Below, one piece after another: positions 20,035-29,810 of a stretch of 64,000 nucleotides of DNA. Origin of the DNA: an uncultured Bacilli bacterium (GTDB lineage Bacteria > Bacillota_I > Bacilli_A > RF39 > UBA660); contig CAKOHW010000005.1 of the NCBI GenBank assembly GCA_934086185.1, forward strand, positions 23,576-87,575, read 5' to 3'. Under the pieces are notes generated by a model. The model made no database searches, had not been told where the DNA came from, and saw only the letters and a list, made by a program, of their open reading frames with translations. Within the stretch, counting starts at the first letter, position 1. Every line of letters begins with the position of its first letter. The position numbers were made by a program, and so were the translations under genes.

Positions 20035-21147
20035 TTACTTTGTCATATTAAATGATGTTGTTATTTCATTTTCTATTATTTCCTTTTTGTCTTTAGAAAA
20101 TGAACAATTTATATATTCATCATATTCATATGGATATGAATCTATGAAAAAATTTGGTATGTATTTTTCGACTCTTCTAAAAGTTCTAATAAATTTTTCT
20201 GTTAAGTTCTTTTGAATGAGCTCATTTCTTTTTTCTAATTCATGTTTCTTGGATGTATCACTTATAGTCATAGAAGCATATTCTCTTGATATATATCTTA
20301 TTGGTAAATATGGTATTCCTTTTATTATATCAACCTTATCTTTTATAAGATTTAAAAATAAGTATAATGACAATACAGAACTTACAGATACATCAGTTAT
20401 ATTTTCTGGATAATAAGTAGTTTCTTCATTTAAATAATCTTTAAATTCTTGAGATTCATAATCTGATATTCCTTTATTTAATTTATATAATTTTCTAGAT
20501 ATTGATTTTTTATATTTTAAACTCTCTGTTGTTGATACATTATTAACGTTTTCCTTATTTAAGATACTGTATATATAACATACTTTTTTACCATTTTCTA
20601 TATTAATTCCATATGAAATTTCAGGCAATAAAAACTTTAATGTATCATCTAATTTATTTGTAAAAGAAAATTCAATTTTATTAGGAGTTTCCATCATAAT
20701 AGATTGTTTTGTGTTTTTTATATTAAGAATATCATTTTTAAATATACTTTCTGAAGAAAATGCAATATTTTTATTTAAATTTTCTAATGTTTTATCTTTT
20801 AGATAATTTATATATTTATCTATGTATTCTTCAAAATTAATAAAATCTTCTGTTGTTGCATTTACAAATAGATACATAATTAAAAATTTAGTATAATCTT
20901 TTTTTGAGTTTAAATATTTGAGAGATTTTCTTGACTCTTTTATTTCTTCATTTATGTATTCATTTAATTTTAATAATGTGGCTTCTATATCATTTATTCT
21001 AAGCGTTATATTATTATTTTTGTTAAAAGTGATTTGTTTGTCATTTATTATTGTATTAAATCCAATATAAAATTCGTCAGAACCAAGTTTAACTTTTGCT
21101 TGTTCTGCTTCTTTTATTATTTCAAATAATATTTCTTGTAAATTCAT
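20035..21147 (-). CDS. Hypothetical protein, 370 aa, with no recognisable motifs
   Basis: Long intact ORF in the accessory island next to AbiE. Confidence 0.4.
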   Translation of the reverse strand: MNLQEILFEIIKEAEQAKVKLGSDEFYIGFNTIINDKQITFNKNNNITLRINDIEATLLKLNEYINEEIKESRKSLKYLNSKKDYTKFLIMYLFVNATTEDFINFEEYIDKYINYLKDKTLENLNKNIAFSSESIFKNDILNIKNTKQSIMMETPNKIEFSFTNKLDDTLKFLLPEISYGINIENGKKVCYIYSILNKENVNNVSTTESLKYKKSISRKLYKLNKGISDYESQEFKDYLNEETTYYPENITDVSVSSVLSLYLFLNLIKDKVDIIKGIPYLPIRYISREYASMTISDTSKKHELEKRNELIQKNLTEKFIRTFRRVEKYIPNFFIDSYPYEYDEYINCSFSKDKKEIIENEITTSFNMTK

Positions 21148-21173
21148 TTTATTTCCCTTATGAATGTAAAATA

Positions 21174-21374
21174 TTATTTTTTGTTATCATTTTTTGGTAT
21201 GCTTGCAACTGTTAAAATTATACCTATTAAATTAATCCCTATAGATAAGCCCAACAATAAACCATTACAAAAATCTCCAAAATTACTTGATTCACTTTTG
21301 CTAAAATAAATGTATGATATGTATAATATATTTCCTATTATAATTAATGTTGTTCCAATTTTTATGTTTTTCAT
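21174..21374 (-). CDS. Small hydrophobic (two-TM) protein
   Basis: 66-aa ORF containing two hydrophobic helices. Confidence 0.3.
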   Translation of the reverse strand: MKNIKIGTTLIIIGNILYISYIYFSKSESSNFGDFCNGLLLGLSIGINLIGIILTVASIPKNDNKK

Positions 21375-21591
21375 AAAATTTCTCCTTACATATAAAATTA
21401 TAGCACATTTATTGAGTTATAATGTGTATTCTTTCTAAAAAATCCTTATTTCTAAAAATTAAAAATTATATGTAACTCTGGTATTTTTTTACCATTTTCA
21501 TATAATTGTACTATTGTTTTTTTGAATTTTCCTTCATAAACCTTTTTGGAAACTTACATAATCAGAACCGCAGACATGACAATGAGTATTT

Positions 21592-21861
21592 CTAAACGAT
21601 ATATCCCTTTTTACTTAATGCATCTTTTACTATTTCAAAACCGTCAGTAATTATTTCTGCTAATTTTATAAAATGAGATAATTCTTCAAAGTCTTCTTTA
21701 TTTCCTATTCTTCTTAAATATTCACGTCCACCATCTACGGCGACCGCACCACAAGAACACCATTTAAAATCATGAACATCAATAGACTCAATTATATCTC
21801 CACATTTTCTACATTTAATTTTGTTAGTTCTTATTCGTTCTATTGTTCTTATCAATATCAA
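21592..21861 (-). CDS. Small zinc-ribbon protein (C-x2-C ... C-x-C)
   Basis: CRKCGD...CSCG motif. Lies immediately upstream of abiEii. Confidence 0.4.
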   Translation of the reverse strand: MILIRTIERIRTNKIKCRKCGDIIESIDVHDFKWCSCGAVAVDGGREYLRRIGNKEDFEELSHFIKLAEIITDGFEIVKDALSKKGYIV

Positions 21862-21868
21862 TCACCTA

Positions 21869-22705
21869 CTAAACTGTCTCAAGTACTATTACATTAATAA
21901 TCTTTTCTAAACAAATTAATATTTCATCAAAATCTATATTTCTTGCATACTCATATCTTTTTTGATAACTTTTCCATCTTTCTTTCAATATATCACTATC
22001 CATAATTAAATCTATGGCAATTGATGGCTCACCAACATATTCTCTTTTATAAAATGTTTTTTCTATTGCTTTAACAAAATCTTCTAAATTAACGTTATCC
22101 CAATCTCTTGTATAAATTAAATAGATATCATAAAAATCTCTCATTCTTCCATTTAATTCTACTCTACTTAAAATTGTTTCTATCTTTTCTGCCAGTACTG
22201 TTTCAATATTGTATGCCCATAATTTTACATATCTATCACCTAGAATTGGTTTATATTTATAATTAATTTCTTTTGGAGTAATTGGATCACCTGTAGCTAT
22301 ATCAATATGAAATTTTTCTTTAATATTATCTATTTCAATTTGAATATCAACTCTAAAACCACCATACTCATCTTCATCTCTTATTGGTGATATTCCTAAA
22401 TAACTAAGTTTTGCATTATCGTCCATTTCTATTGATACTATTTCTTTAATCATTTTAACTATTGTTTCTTCATTAAAATTTGCATTCCTAAAGGCAGTAT
22501 CAATATCCATAGTAGATCTATTTTCTACTCCGAATAATGTACTTAAATAAAATCCACCTTTTAATATAAAATTATCTTTATATTTACTAACTGATAGTCT
22601 TTCTATAAATCTATCATACATATAAAGTCTAAGTAATGTATTAAAATCTACATTTTGTTCTTTTGAAATGTTTTTTAATTTAGCTTTTAACTGCATACTA
22701 TTCAT
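21869..22705 (-). CDS. abiEii: AbiEii/AbiGii-family nucleotidyltransferase toxin (type IV TA)
   Basis: DUF1814-like motif KGGFYLS...RSTMDIDTAF. Overlaps the upstream abiEi gene. Confidence 0.8.
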   Translation of the reverse strand: MNSMQLKAKLKNISKEQNVDFNTLLRLYMYDRFIERLSVSKYKDNFILKGGFYLSTLFGVENRSTMDIDTAFRNANFNEETIVKMIKEIVSIEMDDNAKLSYLGISPIRDEDEYGGFRVDIQIEIDNIKEKFHIDIATGDPITPKEINYKYKPILGDRYVKLWAYNIETVLAEKIETILSRVELNGRMRDFYDIYLIYTRDWDNVNLEDFVKAIEKTFYKREYVGEPSIAIDLIMDSDILKERWKSYQKRYEYARNIDFDEILICLEKIINVIVLETV

Positions 22706-23324
22706 AAAATACCTCTATATAATTCATTACTTTATCTTTAATTCCCATTTTTTTAGCATAATTAGATAGTTTAACTAGATCTTTATTTTTTCTTTTAAGA
22801 TATGCTCTAATTGAATATTTAACGTGTTCTGAATCCATTCTATTTTTAGATCTAATGATATCACATATACATCTTTCTACATCATAGACTCTTACACTAT
22901 TTCCCATTGGTGTTTTTACTTCAGTAAGTCCTAGTTCATAAATATCGCCTGACACATAAAACACTTCATGTTTTGCTAAATGTTTACTATTATAAGTCTT
23001 TTTTACTGTAATATCGTATTTATCATTTGGTGCTTTAATAGAAAGACCATGAAAATAAAGTGCAGTCATATGAGAGTAAATTGTATTTGGCATACTTAGA
23101 CTAAAAACATAATAATTATCTTCAATTTTATTAATATCTATATAAATACCAGGAGCAACTTTTTCAACAATTCCTTTTTTCCACATAGAATTTAGATACA
23201 TCCTATGTATTCCAAAATTATCTAGTTCTTTTGAAGTAACATATCCGTTATTCATTTTCATAATTAACTCAATAACTTCAAAATTACTCTCTTCTTTAAA
23301 TTCTTTTATTGTCATCCTTTCCAT
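22698..23324 (-). CDS. abiEi: AbiEi antitoxin / transcriptional autoregulator (type IV TA)
   Basis: Position and overlap with abiEii. N-terminal wHTH-like region. Confidence 0.7.
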   Translation of the reverse strand: MERMTIKEFKEESNFEVIELIMKMNNGYVTSKELDNFGIHRMYLNSMWKKGIVEKVAPGIYIDINKIEDNYYVFSLSMPNTIYSHMTALYFHGLSIKAPNDKYDITVKKTYNSKHLAKHEVFYVSGDIYELGLTEVKTPMGNSVRVYDVERCICDIIRSKNRMDSEHVKYSIRAYLKRKNKDLVKLSNYAKKMGIKDKVMNYIEVFYE

Positions 23325-23339
23325 AATTTTCCTCCTTTT

Positions 23340-23385
23340 TTGACAAATCTACTGATATTGTAATATTTATCAGTAGATTTGTCAA
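23340..23385 (-). promoter_or_regulatory. Palindromic promoter-operator of abiEi-abiEii
   Basis: Perfect 18-bp inverted repeat TTGACAAATCTACTGATA / TATCAGTAGATTTGTCAA with a 10-bp spacer. On the minus strand it reads TTGACA-17-TACAAT, followed by AGGAGG and the ATG. Confidence 0.65.
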
Positions 23386-23582
23386 GATAATTAAAAAATT
23401 TAGATATGCTTTTTAACATTCTAAATTTCTCTATTTTTATTTTTTATTATGGTAATAATATATTTATTTATTATTACCACTTAAAACATACTTTTTTAGT
23501 TCTTTTTTAAATTTGAGTACTTAAAAGTGTACCTAAAATTACTTAGTAGTTCTAAAACCCTTTAAAATCAACAAAAATGGAG

Positions 23583-23612
23583 CCTTTCGGCTCCTTCAGG
23601 GGGTTTTGGTTG
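23583..23612 (-). terminator. recG intrinsic terminator
   Basis: GGAGCCGAAAGGCTCC hairpin followed by a U-tract on the minus strand. Confidence 0.6.
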
Positions 23613-23729
23613 ATACACATTAACTTTATTATCGTTAGTGTATATCTGCATGATATAATATCATGCTATATACATTTTATTATTAATTAGTATCTTTGTC
23701 AATTGATATTATTCAAAAAATGTAAATTA

Positions 23730-25718
23730 TTAATCAATAAAATTTATTTCATTTATTATTTCTTTATAGTGTGGATAGTTCATAAAGTTATTATTTATAT
23801 TTTCTTCTATGAATTCTTTTGAGTCTATATTACATTGTTTTAATATTCTTATATCTTCTTTTATATCAGCTAATTTAAATATCATTTGTCCACTTTGTTT
23901 AGTTCCAAATAAATTACCGCTACCTCTTAATTCAAAGTCTTTTTCTGCTATATAAAAACCGTCTGTTGATGATGTTAAAACATTTAATCTTTCCTTTTCA
24001 TAATTACTTATCATAATACAATATGAAATAAATTCGTTTCTACCTACTCTTCCTCGTAATTGATGAAGCGTAGATAAACCAAATCGTTCTGCATTAAATA
24101 TAACTATACATGTTGCATTTTTTACATCCACTCCTACCTCTATTACCGTAGTAGAAATAAGTATTTTAGTTTCGTTTCTTTGAAATTTACTCATTATTTC
24201 TTCTTTTTCTTTTGATTTTAGTTTTCCGTGTAATATATCTATTGGTATTTTATTATTGAATGCAACATTTAGTTTGTCTCTTAATTTTTCTACATCATAT
24301 AAATTATTATCTTCATTTTCTTCTACTAATGGTGATATTACATATATTTGGTGTCCTTTTTTTATTTCATTTAACATAATAAGTAAACATTCTTTTAATT
24401 CTGTTTCTTTATATAATTTAGTAATTATTTCTTTTCTACCACTTGGTTTTGTTTTTATTTCTGAAATATCCATATCACCATAAATAGTTAGTGCATATGT
24501 TCTTGGTATAGGGGTTGCAGACATATATAACACATCTACTAATTCTCCTTTGTTTTGAAGATTTTTTCTTTGATTAACTCCAAATCTGTGTTGTTCATCA
24601 GTTATTACTAAACCTAAGTTATTAAATATTACTTCATCATTTATTAGTGAATGTGTACCTATAATACAATCTATTTCATTATTTTTTAATTCTTTTATTA
24701 TTTTATTTCTTTCGGATTTTTTTGTAGATGATGTTAATAATCTTATATTTAATTGTGGTAGTATATTTTGCATATTTTCATAATGCTGACTTGCTAATAT
24801 TTCTGTAGGAGCCAAAAATGCAGATTGAAAACTCGCTAAATAATTCATATAGATTGCTATAAAAGCTACTATTGTTTTACCACTACCTACATCACCTATT
24901 ACTAATCTATTCATTCTTTTATTCGATTTGAAATCATCTTTAATATCATTGATACTTTTTAATTGATCACTTGTTAGTTCAAATGGTAAGGATTTTATTA
25001 ACTCATTAACTTTAATATCATTTATATTTTTTATTATATTTTTTTCATCTTTGATTCTTGATAATTTTAAATAATTTATTTTAAACATGAATTCAAATAA
25101 TTCTTTGTATTTTAGTACTATTTTTGATTGCTTTAAATTATTTATGTTTGTTGGATTGTGTATTTCTTTGATTGCATTTAATTCATCTATAAATTTATAT
25201 TTTTTAATAAGATAATCTGGTAATGTATTTTTATATTCAATTTTTGATAATATATCATTTATAATTTTTGATAGTGTAGTTGTTTTTAATGACATATTAC
25301 TATGATATACTGGTTCTATTATAGAACTAGTTATTGGATGTAATAATATATTCGTTGCAGTAAAGTTATTTTTTTCTATATTATATTTACCTATTATGCA
25401 TATATTTTTTCCTACTGTTAAATGTTGTTTTAGAAAGTGTCTATTAAATATAGCAACATTAATTAATTTATTATTTGTCAATACTCTAAATCTTAATATA
25501 TTAAAGTTTCTTTTTATGTATGATAATTTTGGAATTGATTCGATTATACCATTTATAGTAATTTGATTATCATTTTGTACATAATTAATGTTTGTTGGGT
25601 TATAAAAATTATATTTATATGGATAATATTCTATTAAATCTTGGGCTGTAAAAATATTTAATTTGTGTAAATTATTTAAATTTTTTTCTCCAATACCTGG
25701 CATATTACTTAATTCCAT
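23730..25718 (-). CDS. recG: ATP-dependent DNA helicase RecG
   Basis: GDVGSGKT Walker A, DEQHRFG, and a C-terminal helicase domain. Confidence 0.85.
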   Translation of the reverse strand: MELSNMPGIGEKNLNNLHKLNIFTAQDLIEYYPYKYNFYNPTNINYVQNDNQITINGIIESIPKLSYIKRNFNILRFRVLTNNKLINVAIFNRHFLKQHLTVGKNICIIGKYNIEKNNFTATNILLHPITSSIIEPVYHSNMSLKTTTLSKIINDILSKIEYKNTLPDYLIKKYKFIDELNAIKEIHNPTNINNLKQSKIVLKYKELFEFMFKINYLKLSRIKDEKNIIKNINDIKVNELIKSLPFELTSDQLKSINDIKDDFKSNKRMNRLVIGDVGSGKTIVAFIAIYMNYLASFQSAFLAPTEILASQHYENMQNILPQLNIRLLTSSTKKSERNKIIKELKNNEIDCIIGTHSLINDEVIFNNLGLVITDEQHRFGVNQRKNLQNKGELVDVLYMSATPIPRTYALTIYGDMDISEIKTKPSGRKEIITKLYKETELKECLLIMLNEIKKGHQIYVISPLVEENEDNNLYDVEKLRDKLNVAFNNKIPIDILHGKLKSKEKEEIMSKFQRNETKILISTTVIEVGVDVKNATCIVIFNAERFGLSTLHQLRGRVGRNEFISYCIMISNYEKERLNVLTSSTDGFYIAEKDFELRGSGNLFGTKQSGQMIFKLADIKEDIRILKQCNIDSKEFIEENINNNFMNYPHYKEIINEINFID

Positions 25719-25757
25719 AATTACTCCTTATTTTTTTGATTTTTTTCAAAAAAAGTG

Positions 25758-25888
25758 TTGACAAAATGACACTTTTCAATTAGTATATGAAGTACCAATT
25801 CACTTAACGGCGAATTGGTGCTAGTATCACACTAGCCAACCCCTTTTTATTCTTTGAAACTGTTCTCAGGGGGACAGTTTCTTTTTTT
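25758..25888 (+). ncRNA. Candidate small RNA: sigmaA-like promoter, then a roughly 95-nt structured transcript, then an intrinsic terminator
   Basis: TTGACA(25758-63)-17-TAGTAT(25781-86). Hairpins ACCAATTC...GAATTGGT and GCTAGT...CTAGC. Terminator GAAACTGT-loop-ACAGTTTC plus T7 (25856-25888), which only works on the plus strand. No ORF. Confidence 0.35.
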
Positions 25889-28800
25889 ATATTAATTTTT
25901 TAAAATACTCATAACGTTCAATAGCGTTATTTTTTTGTTCGTTTAAAATTTGTGTTGATAGTTCTGGATTTTTCTTTTTTAATGAATTAAATCTTACTTC
26001 ATGTGATAAAAACTCATCATACTTATCAAAATTAGGTTCTCCTGAATCTATTGTCAATTTATTATCTACATATCTCATTAAGATATTATAACCGCACAAA
26101 ACTGATAATTTTGATTCATCTATAGAGTTTGTTAAGCCACCTTTAATTCCGTGCTCTATGCACGGAGAATATCCAATTATTATTGATGGTCCATTATGTT
26201 TTTCAGCTTCTATCATAGTTTTTATTGTATGCATTGGATTTGCTTCTAAACATGTTGATGCAACATATACATTAGGATAATTTGTAGCAATTTTGAATAA
26301 ATCTTTCTTTTTTGTTGATTTTCCATTTGTAGTAAATTTTGCTACTGCACCTAATTTTGTTGATTTTGAAGATTGTCCTCCAGTATTTGAATATACTTCG
26401 GTATCAAGTACTAATATGTTAACATTTTCATTTGATGATAGTATTTGATCTATACCACTAAAACCTATGTCATAAGCCCATCCATCACCACCTATACACC
26501 AAACAGTTCTCGCTTCAACATAGTCTAATAATGATTTATCAAAATTTGTATTTGATAATTTTTCTTTTATTGATTTTGTTTTTTCATAATCATTTATATT
26601 ATCTATATATTCATTATAGTATTCTGTATTTTTTAATTTTTCAATTATTTCGTTTTGTTTTTCTTTATACGATTTATATATTCCATATCCAAATTCAGCA
26701 TTATCTTCAAATAAACTATTTGCCCATGGAATACTATATGGAGTACTTGGGCATGATGCACCATAAATACTTGAACATCCTGTTGCATTTGCAATTACTA
26801 ATTTGTGTCTAAATAATTGTGTTAATAATTTTATATATGGTGTTTCTCCACATCCAGCACATGCTCCAGAAAATGAGAATAAAGATTTTTCATATTGACA
26901 ACCTTTTATTGTATTTTTAGGTAAATTATTTATATTAATATGATTATTAAATGTTTCTATTTCTAAATCAGTATTTTGTTCTTTTTCAGTTAATATTATT
27001 GCCTTTTCTCCTAGTTTACCTGGACATACTTTGCTACATAATCCACATCCTGTACAATCTTCTTTACTTATTATAACTGAATAATTTTTGTTTGTAGCAA
27101 AATCTTTAATATGTTCTAAACTATCTGGCCCATCTATAATAGGTCTTATTACTGCATGTGGACATACAATTGAACACATACCACATTCAATACAATTTTC
27201 TTTAATCCATTTTGCTGTAGTATTTGATAAACCTCGTTTTTCATATTTTGTGTTGCCACCATTCATTATTCCAGTATTATAATCATATAATTCTTTTGTT
27301 GATAAAGTATTACCTTTTCCACAATTTATTATGTCTATTATTGATTTTATATTATTATTTTCTATTTTTTGATTATTATCTATAACAATATTTGTTAAAG
27401 AAATGTTATTTATTGCATTAATGTTGGCAGTAACGATATCATTACCTTTTATACTAAAACGTTTGTTAATTAAATCTATTAATTTATCTTGATAATTTTT
27501 AATATTTAATTTATTAAGTATAACACTTTCGATTATTATACCTATTCTTCCTTTGATACCATTAGAAGCCGCTATTTTATCAGCATTTATTATACTTACT
27601 TTTATATTTTTTTCTCTTATTATATTTTTTATATTATTGGGCAATAATTCGTTTAATTCTTTTTCATTTTTTTGAGAATTAATTATGAGTTCTCCATTTT
27701 CCATTATGTTATCTAAGATGTCATATTTACTAATATATTGTTCTTTAGTTATAACAATTATTTTCGGATTGGTTAAATAGTATGGTGCTTCTATTTTATT
27801 ATCACTAAATCTTAAGTGTGATATTGTTAAACCACCACTTTTTTTAGAATCATATTCGAAATAACCTTGTACAAATTTTCCTTCACCTATAATTTTTAAT
27901 AAATCTTTTGAAGCTCCTATTGAACCATCAGAACCATATCCATATATTTTTATTTCATCATAATTTTCTTTTAATTCATAATTATAATGTTCTAACTCAG
28001 TGTTATTTAAGTCGTCTTTTATTCCTATTGTAAAATTTTCTTTTAATTCATTATTTAGCATCATATAAATATCATAAATGTTATTTGGCGTAGTGTTCTT
28101 TCCTGAAAGACCATATCTACCTCCTACAATATTTATATTTTTATTTTTTAATGATGTTAAAACATCTAAGTATAGTGGTTCTCCTATACTACCTGGTTCA
28201 TTTGTTCTATCTAATACTGCAATATTTTTCACTGTATCTGGTAGTACTTTTAATAAATATTCTTTACTAAATGGTCTATATAAATGAACTTCGATTAGTC
28301 CTACATCTTTTAAATCGTCAACAACTTTTTTGATTGTTTTTGTAACTGATCCCATTGCTATTATTACGTTTTTTGCTACAGGGCTACCATAATAATTGAA
28401 TGGTTTATAATCTGTGTCCATTATTTTATTTATTTCATTCATGTAGTGATTTACACTTTTTGCAATATCTTTATATAATGAATTTCTAGATTCTGTACAT
28501 TGAAAATAAATATCTTCGTTTTGAGCAGTACCTCTAGTTATTATATTATTTGGATTAAGTGCTTTATTCCTAAAATATTCAATTTTTTCTCTTGGGATTA
28601 ACGACTTTAATTTTTCATAATCCATTTCTTTAATCTTATTTAGTTCATGACTTGTTCTAAATCCATCAAAAAAATGTAGAAATGGTATAATATTACTGAT
28701 ACTTGATAAATGAGCTACTGCCGCTAAATCCTGGGCTTCCTGCACGGATGATGAAGCTAATATACAAAAACCAGTTTGTCTTGTTGCATAAATATCCTGA

Positions 28801-29171
28801 TGATCTCCGGAAATACTTAGGGCATGTGTTGCTAAAGATCTTGAAGCAACATGTATTACACATGGTAACATTTCTCCTGCTATTTTGTACATATTTGGAA
28901 TCATTAATAATAATCCTTGACTTGCTGTAAATGTAGTTGCTAATGTACCAGATATTAAAGCACCGTGTAATGCTCCTGCAGCTCCTGCTTCGCTTTGCAT
29001 TTCAATAACATCCGTTATTTTATTATAAAAATTTAATTCTTGTTTATTTTTTAATTCTTCAATTGTACTTGCCATTGGACTAGATGGTGTTATTGGGTAT
29101 ATAAAACTTAATTCACTAAATTTATATGCTATATTCGCACATGCATTATTTCCATCAATTATTTTGTACAT
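25887..29171 (-). CDS. nifJ: Pyruvate:ferredoxin (flavodoxin) oxidoreductase
   Basis: N-terminal DGNNACANIAYKFSE...YPITPSS. Two 4Fe-4S motifs CIECGMCSIVCP / CTGCGLCSKVCP. TPP domain. Confidence 0.85.
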   Translation of the reverse strand: MYKIIDGNNACANIAYKFSELSFIYPITPSSPMASTIEELKNKQELNFYNKITDVIEMQSEAGAAGALHGALISGTLATTFTASQGLLLMIPNMYKIAGEMLPCVIHVASRSLATHALSISGDHQDIYATRQTGFCILASSSVQEAQDLAAVAHLSSISNIIPFLHFFDGFRTSHELNKIKEMDYEKLKSLIPREKIEYFRNKALNPNNIITRGTAQNEDIYFQCTESRNSLYKDIAKSVNHYMNEINKIMDTDYKPFNYYGSPVAKNVIIAMGSVTKTIKKVVDDLKDVGLIEVHLYRPFSKEYLLKVLPDTVKNIAVLDRTNEPGSIGEPLYLDVLTSLKNKNINIVGGRYGLSGKNTTPNNIYDIYMMLNNELKENFTIGIKDDLNNTELEHYNYELKENYDEIKIYGYGSDGSIGASKDLLKIIGEGKFVQGYFEYDSKKSGGLTISHLRFSDNKIEAPYYLTNPKIIVITKEQYISKYDILDNIMENGELIINSQKNEKELNELLPNNIKNIIREKNIKVSIINADKIAASNGIKGRIGIIIESVILNKLNIKNYQDKLIDLINKRFSIKGNDIVTANINAINNISLTNIVIDNNQKIENNNIKSIIDIINCGKGNTLSTKELYDYNTGIMNGGNTKYEKRGLSNTTAKWIKENCIECGMCSIVCPHAVIRPIIDGPDSLEHIKDFATNKNYSVIISKEDCTGCGLCSKVCPGKLGEKAIILTEKEQNTDLEIETFNNHININNLPKNTIKGCQYEKSLFSFSGACAGCGETPYIKLLTQLFRHKLVIANATGCSSIYGASCPSTPYSIPWANSLFEDNAEFGYGIYKSYKEKQNEIIEKLKNTEYYNEYIDNINDYEKTKSIKEKLSNTNFDKSLLDYVEARTVWCIGGDGWAYDIGFSGIDQILSSNENVNILVLDTEVYSNTGGQSSKSTKLGAVAKFTTNGKSTKKKDLFKIATNYPNVYVASTCLEANPMHTIKTMIEAEKHNGPSIIIGYSPCIEHGIKGGLTNSIDESKLSVLCGYNILMRYVDNKLTIDSGEPNFDKYDEFLSHEVRFNSLKKKNPELSTQILNEQKNNAIERYEYFKKLI

Positions 29172-29261
29172 TTTATCACTTTCTTTCTATATACATTATA
29201 ATATTTATATGAGAAAAAAATCAAATAAAAGACTTATATGTGTAAAATAAAAATTAGAGGT

Positions 29262-29795
29262 TTACTCTAATAATTTAAATATTGGATAATCAGTATCTTC
29301 ATAAATGATTATATCTTTGTTTAACTTTGATATAACATTTTTATTATTTGTAATCAATAGTGTATCTGTATTTAGCAGTCTTATATCTTTTTTATTGTTA
29401 ATATCTATATACTTTTCAACATCATTATTTAAATATATTCCTTTATCATTCCATAAAGATAATATACTTGGGTACATATTTTTGTATAAATCTTCTTCAT
29501 AAATTAATTTGTAATTGGAAAAACCTAATTCATTCATTATGATTTTTAATACTAAGTAATTCGTTTCACAATATAGTTTGTTTATTAAAATTAGTAGTTT
29601 ATTTTGTATAAATATGTTTGATAGTTTATATTTAGTAATTACTTTTTTTAATGTGTTTAGTAATATTTTATAATTTAATATATAATTATTTTTTATGTAT
29701 TGTTCTGTTTTAATTTTATATATTTTTTTATTTTTATATAATAGTATTTCATTATCTAGTAACTTTAGTATTATTTTATTTTTTATAATTATCAC
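29262..29795 (-). CDS. Hypothetical protein (177 aa)
   Basis: Intact ORF downstream of the spoIIQ-like gene. No motifs recognised. Confidence 0.35.
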   Translation of the reverse strand: MIIIKNKIILKLLDNEILLYKNKKIYKIKTEQYIKNNYILNYKILLNTLKKVITKYKLSNIFIQNKLLILINKLYCETNYLVLKIIMNELGFSNYKLIYEEDLYKNMYPSILSLWNDKGIYLNNDVEKYIDINNKKDIRLLNTDTLLITNNKNVISKLNKDIIIYEDTDYPIFKLLE

Positions 29796-29810
29796 TCTTT
29801 CAAAAAAAGA

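Noticed and set aside
23561-23610. Structured GC-rich segment considered as a possible tRNA or attachment site
   Set aside because: It is too short for a tRNA and has no cloverleaf. It reads as a simple GGAGCC...GGCTCC terminator for recG on the minus strand.
23649-23668. Perfect palindrome GCATGATAT-A-ATATCATGC in the recG 3' region
   Set aside because: It is a single copy with no associated promoter or gene. It is likely a 3' UTR hairpin. Noted here but not given as a feature.
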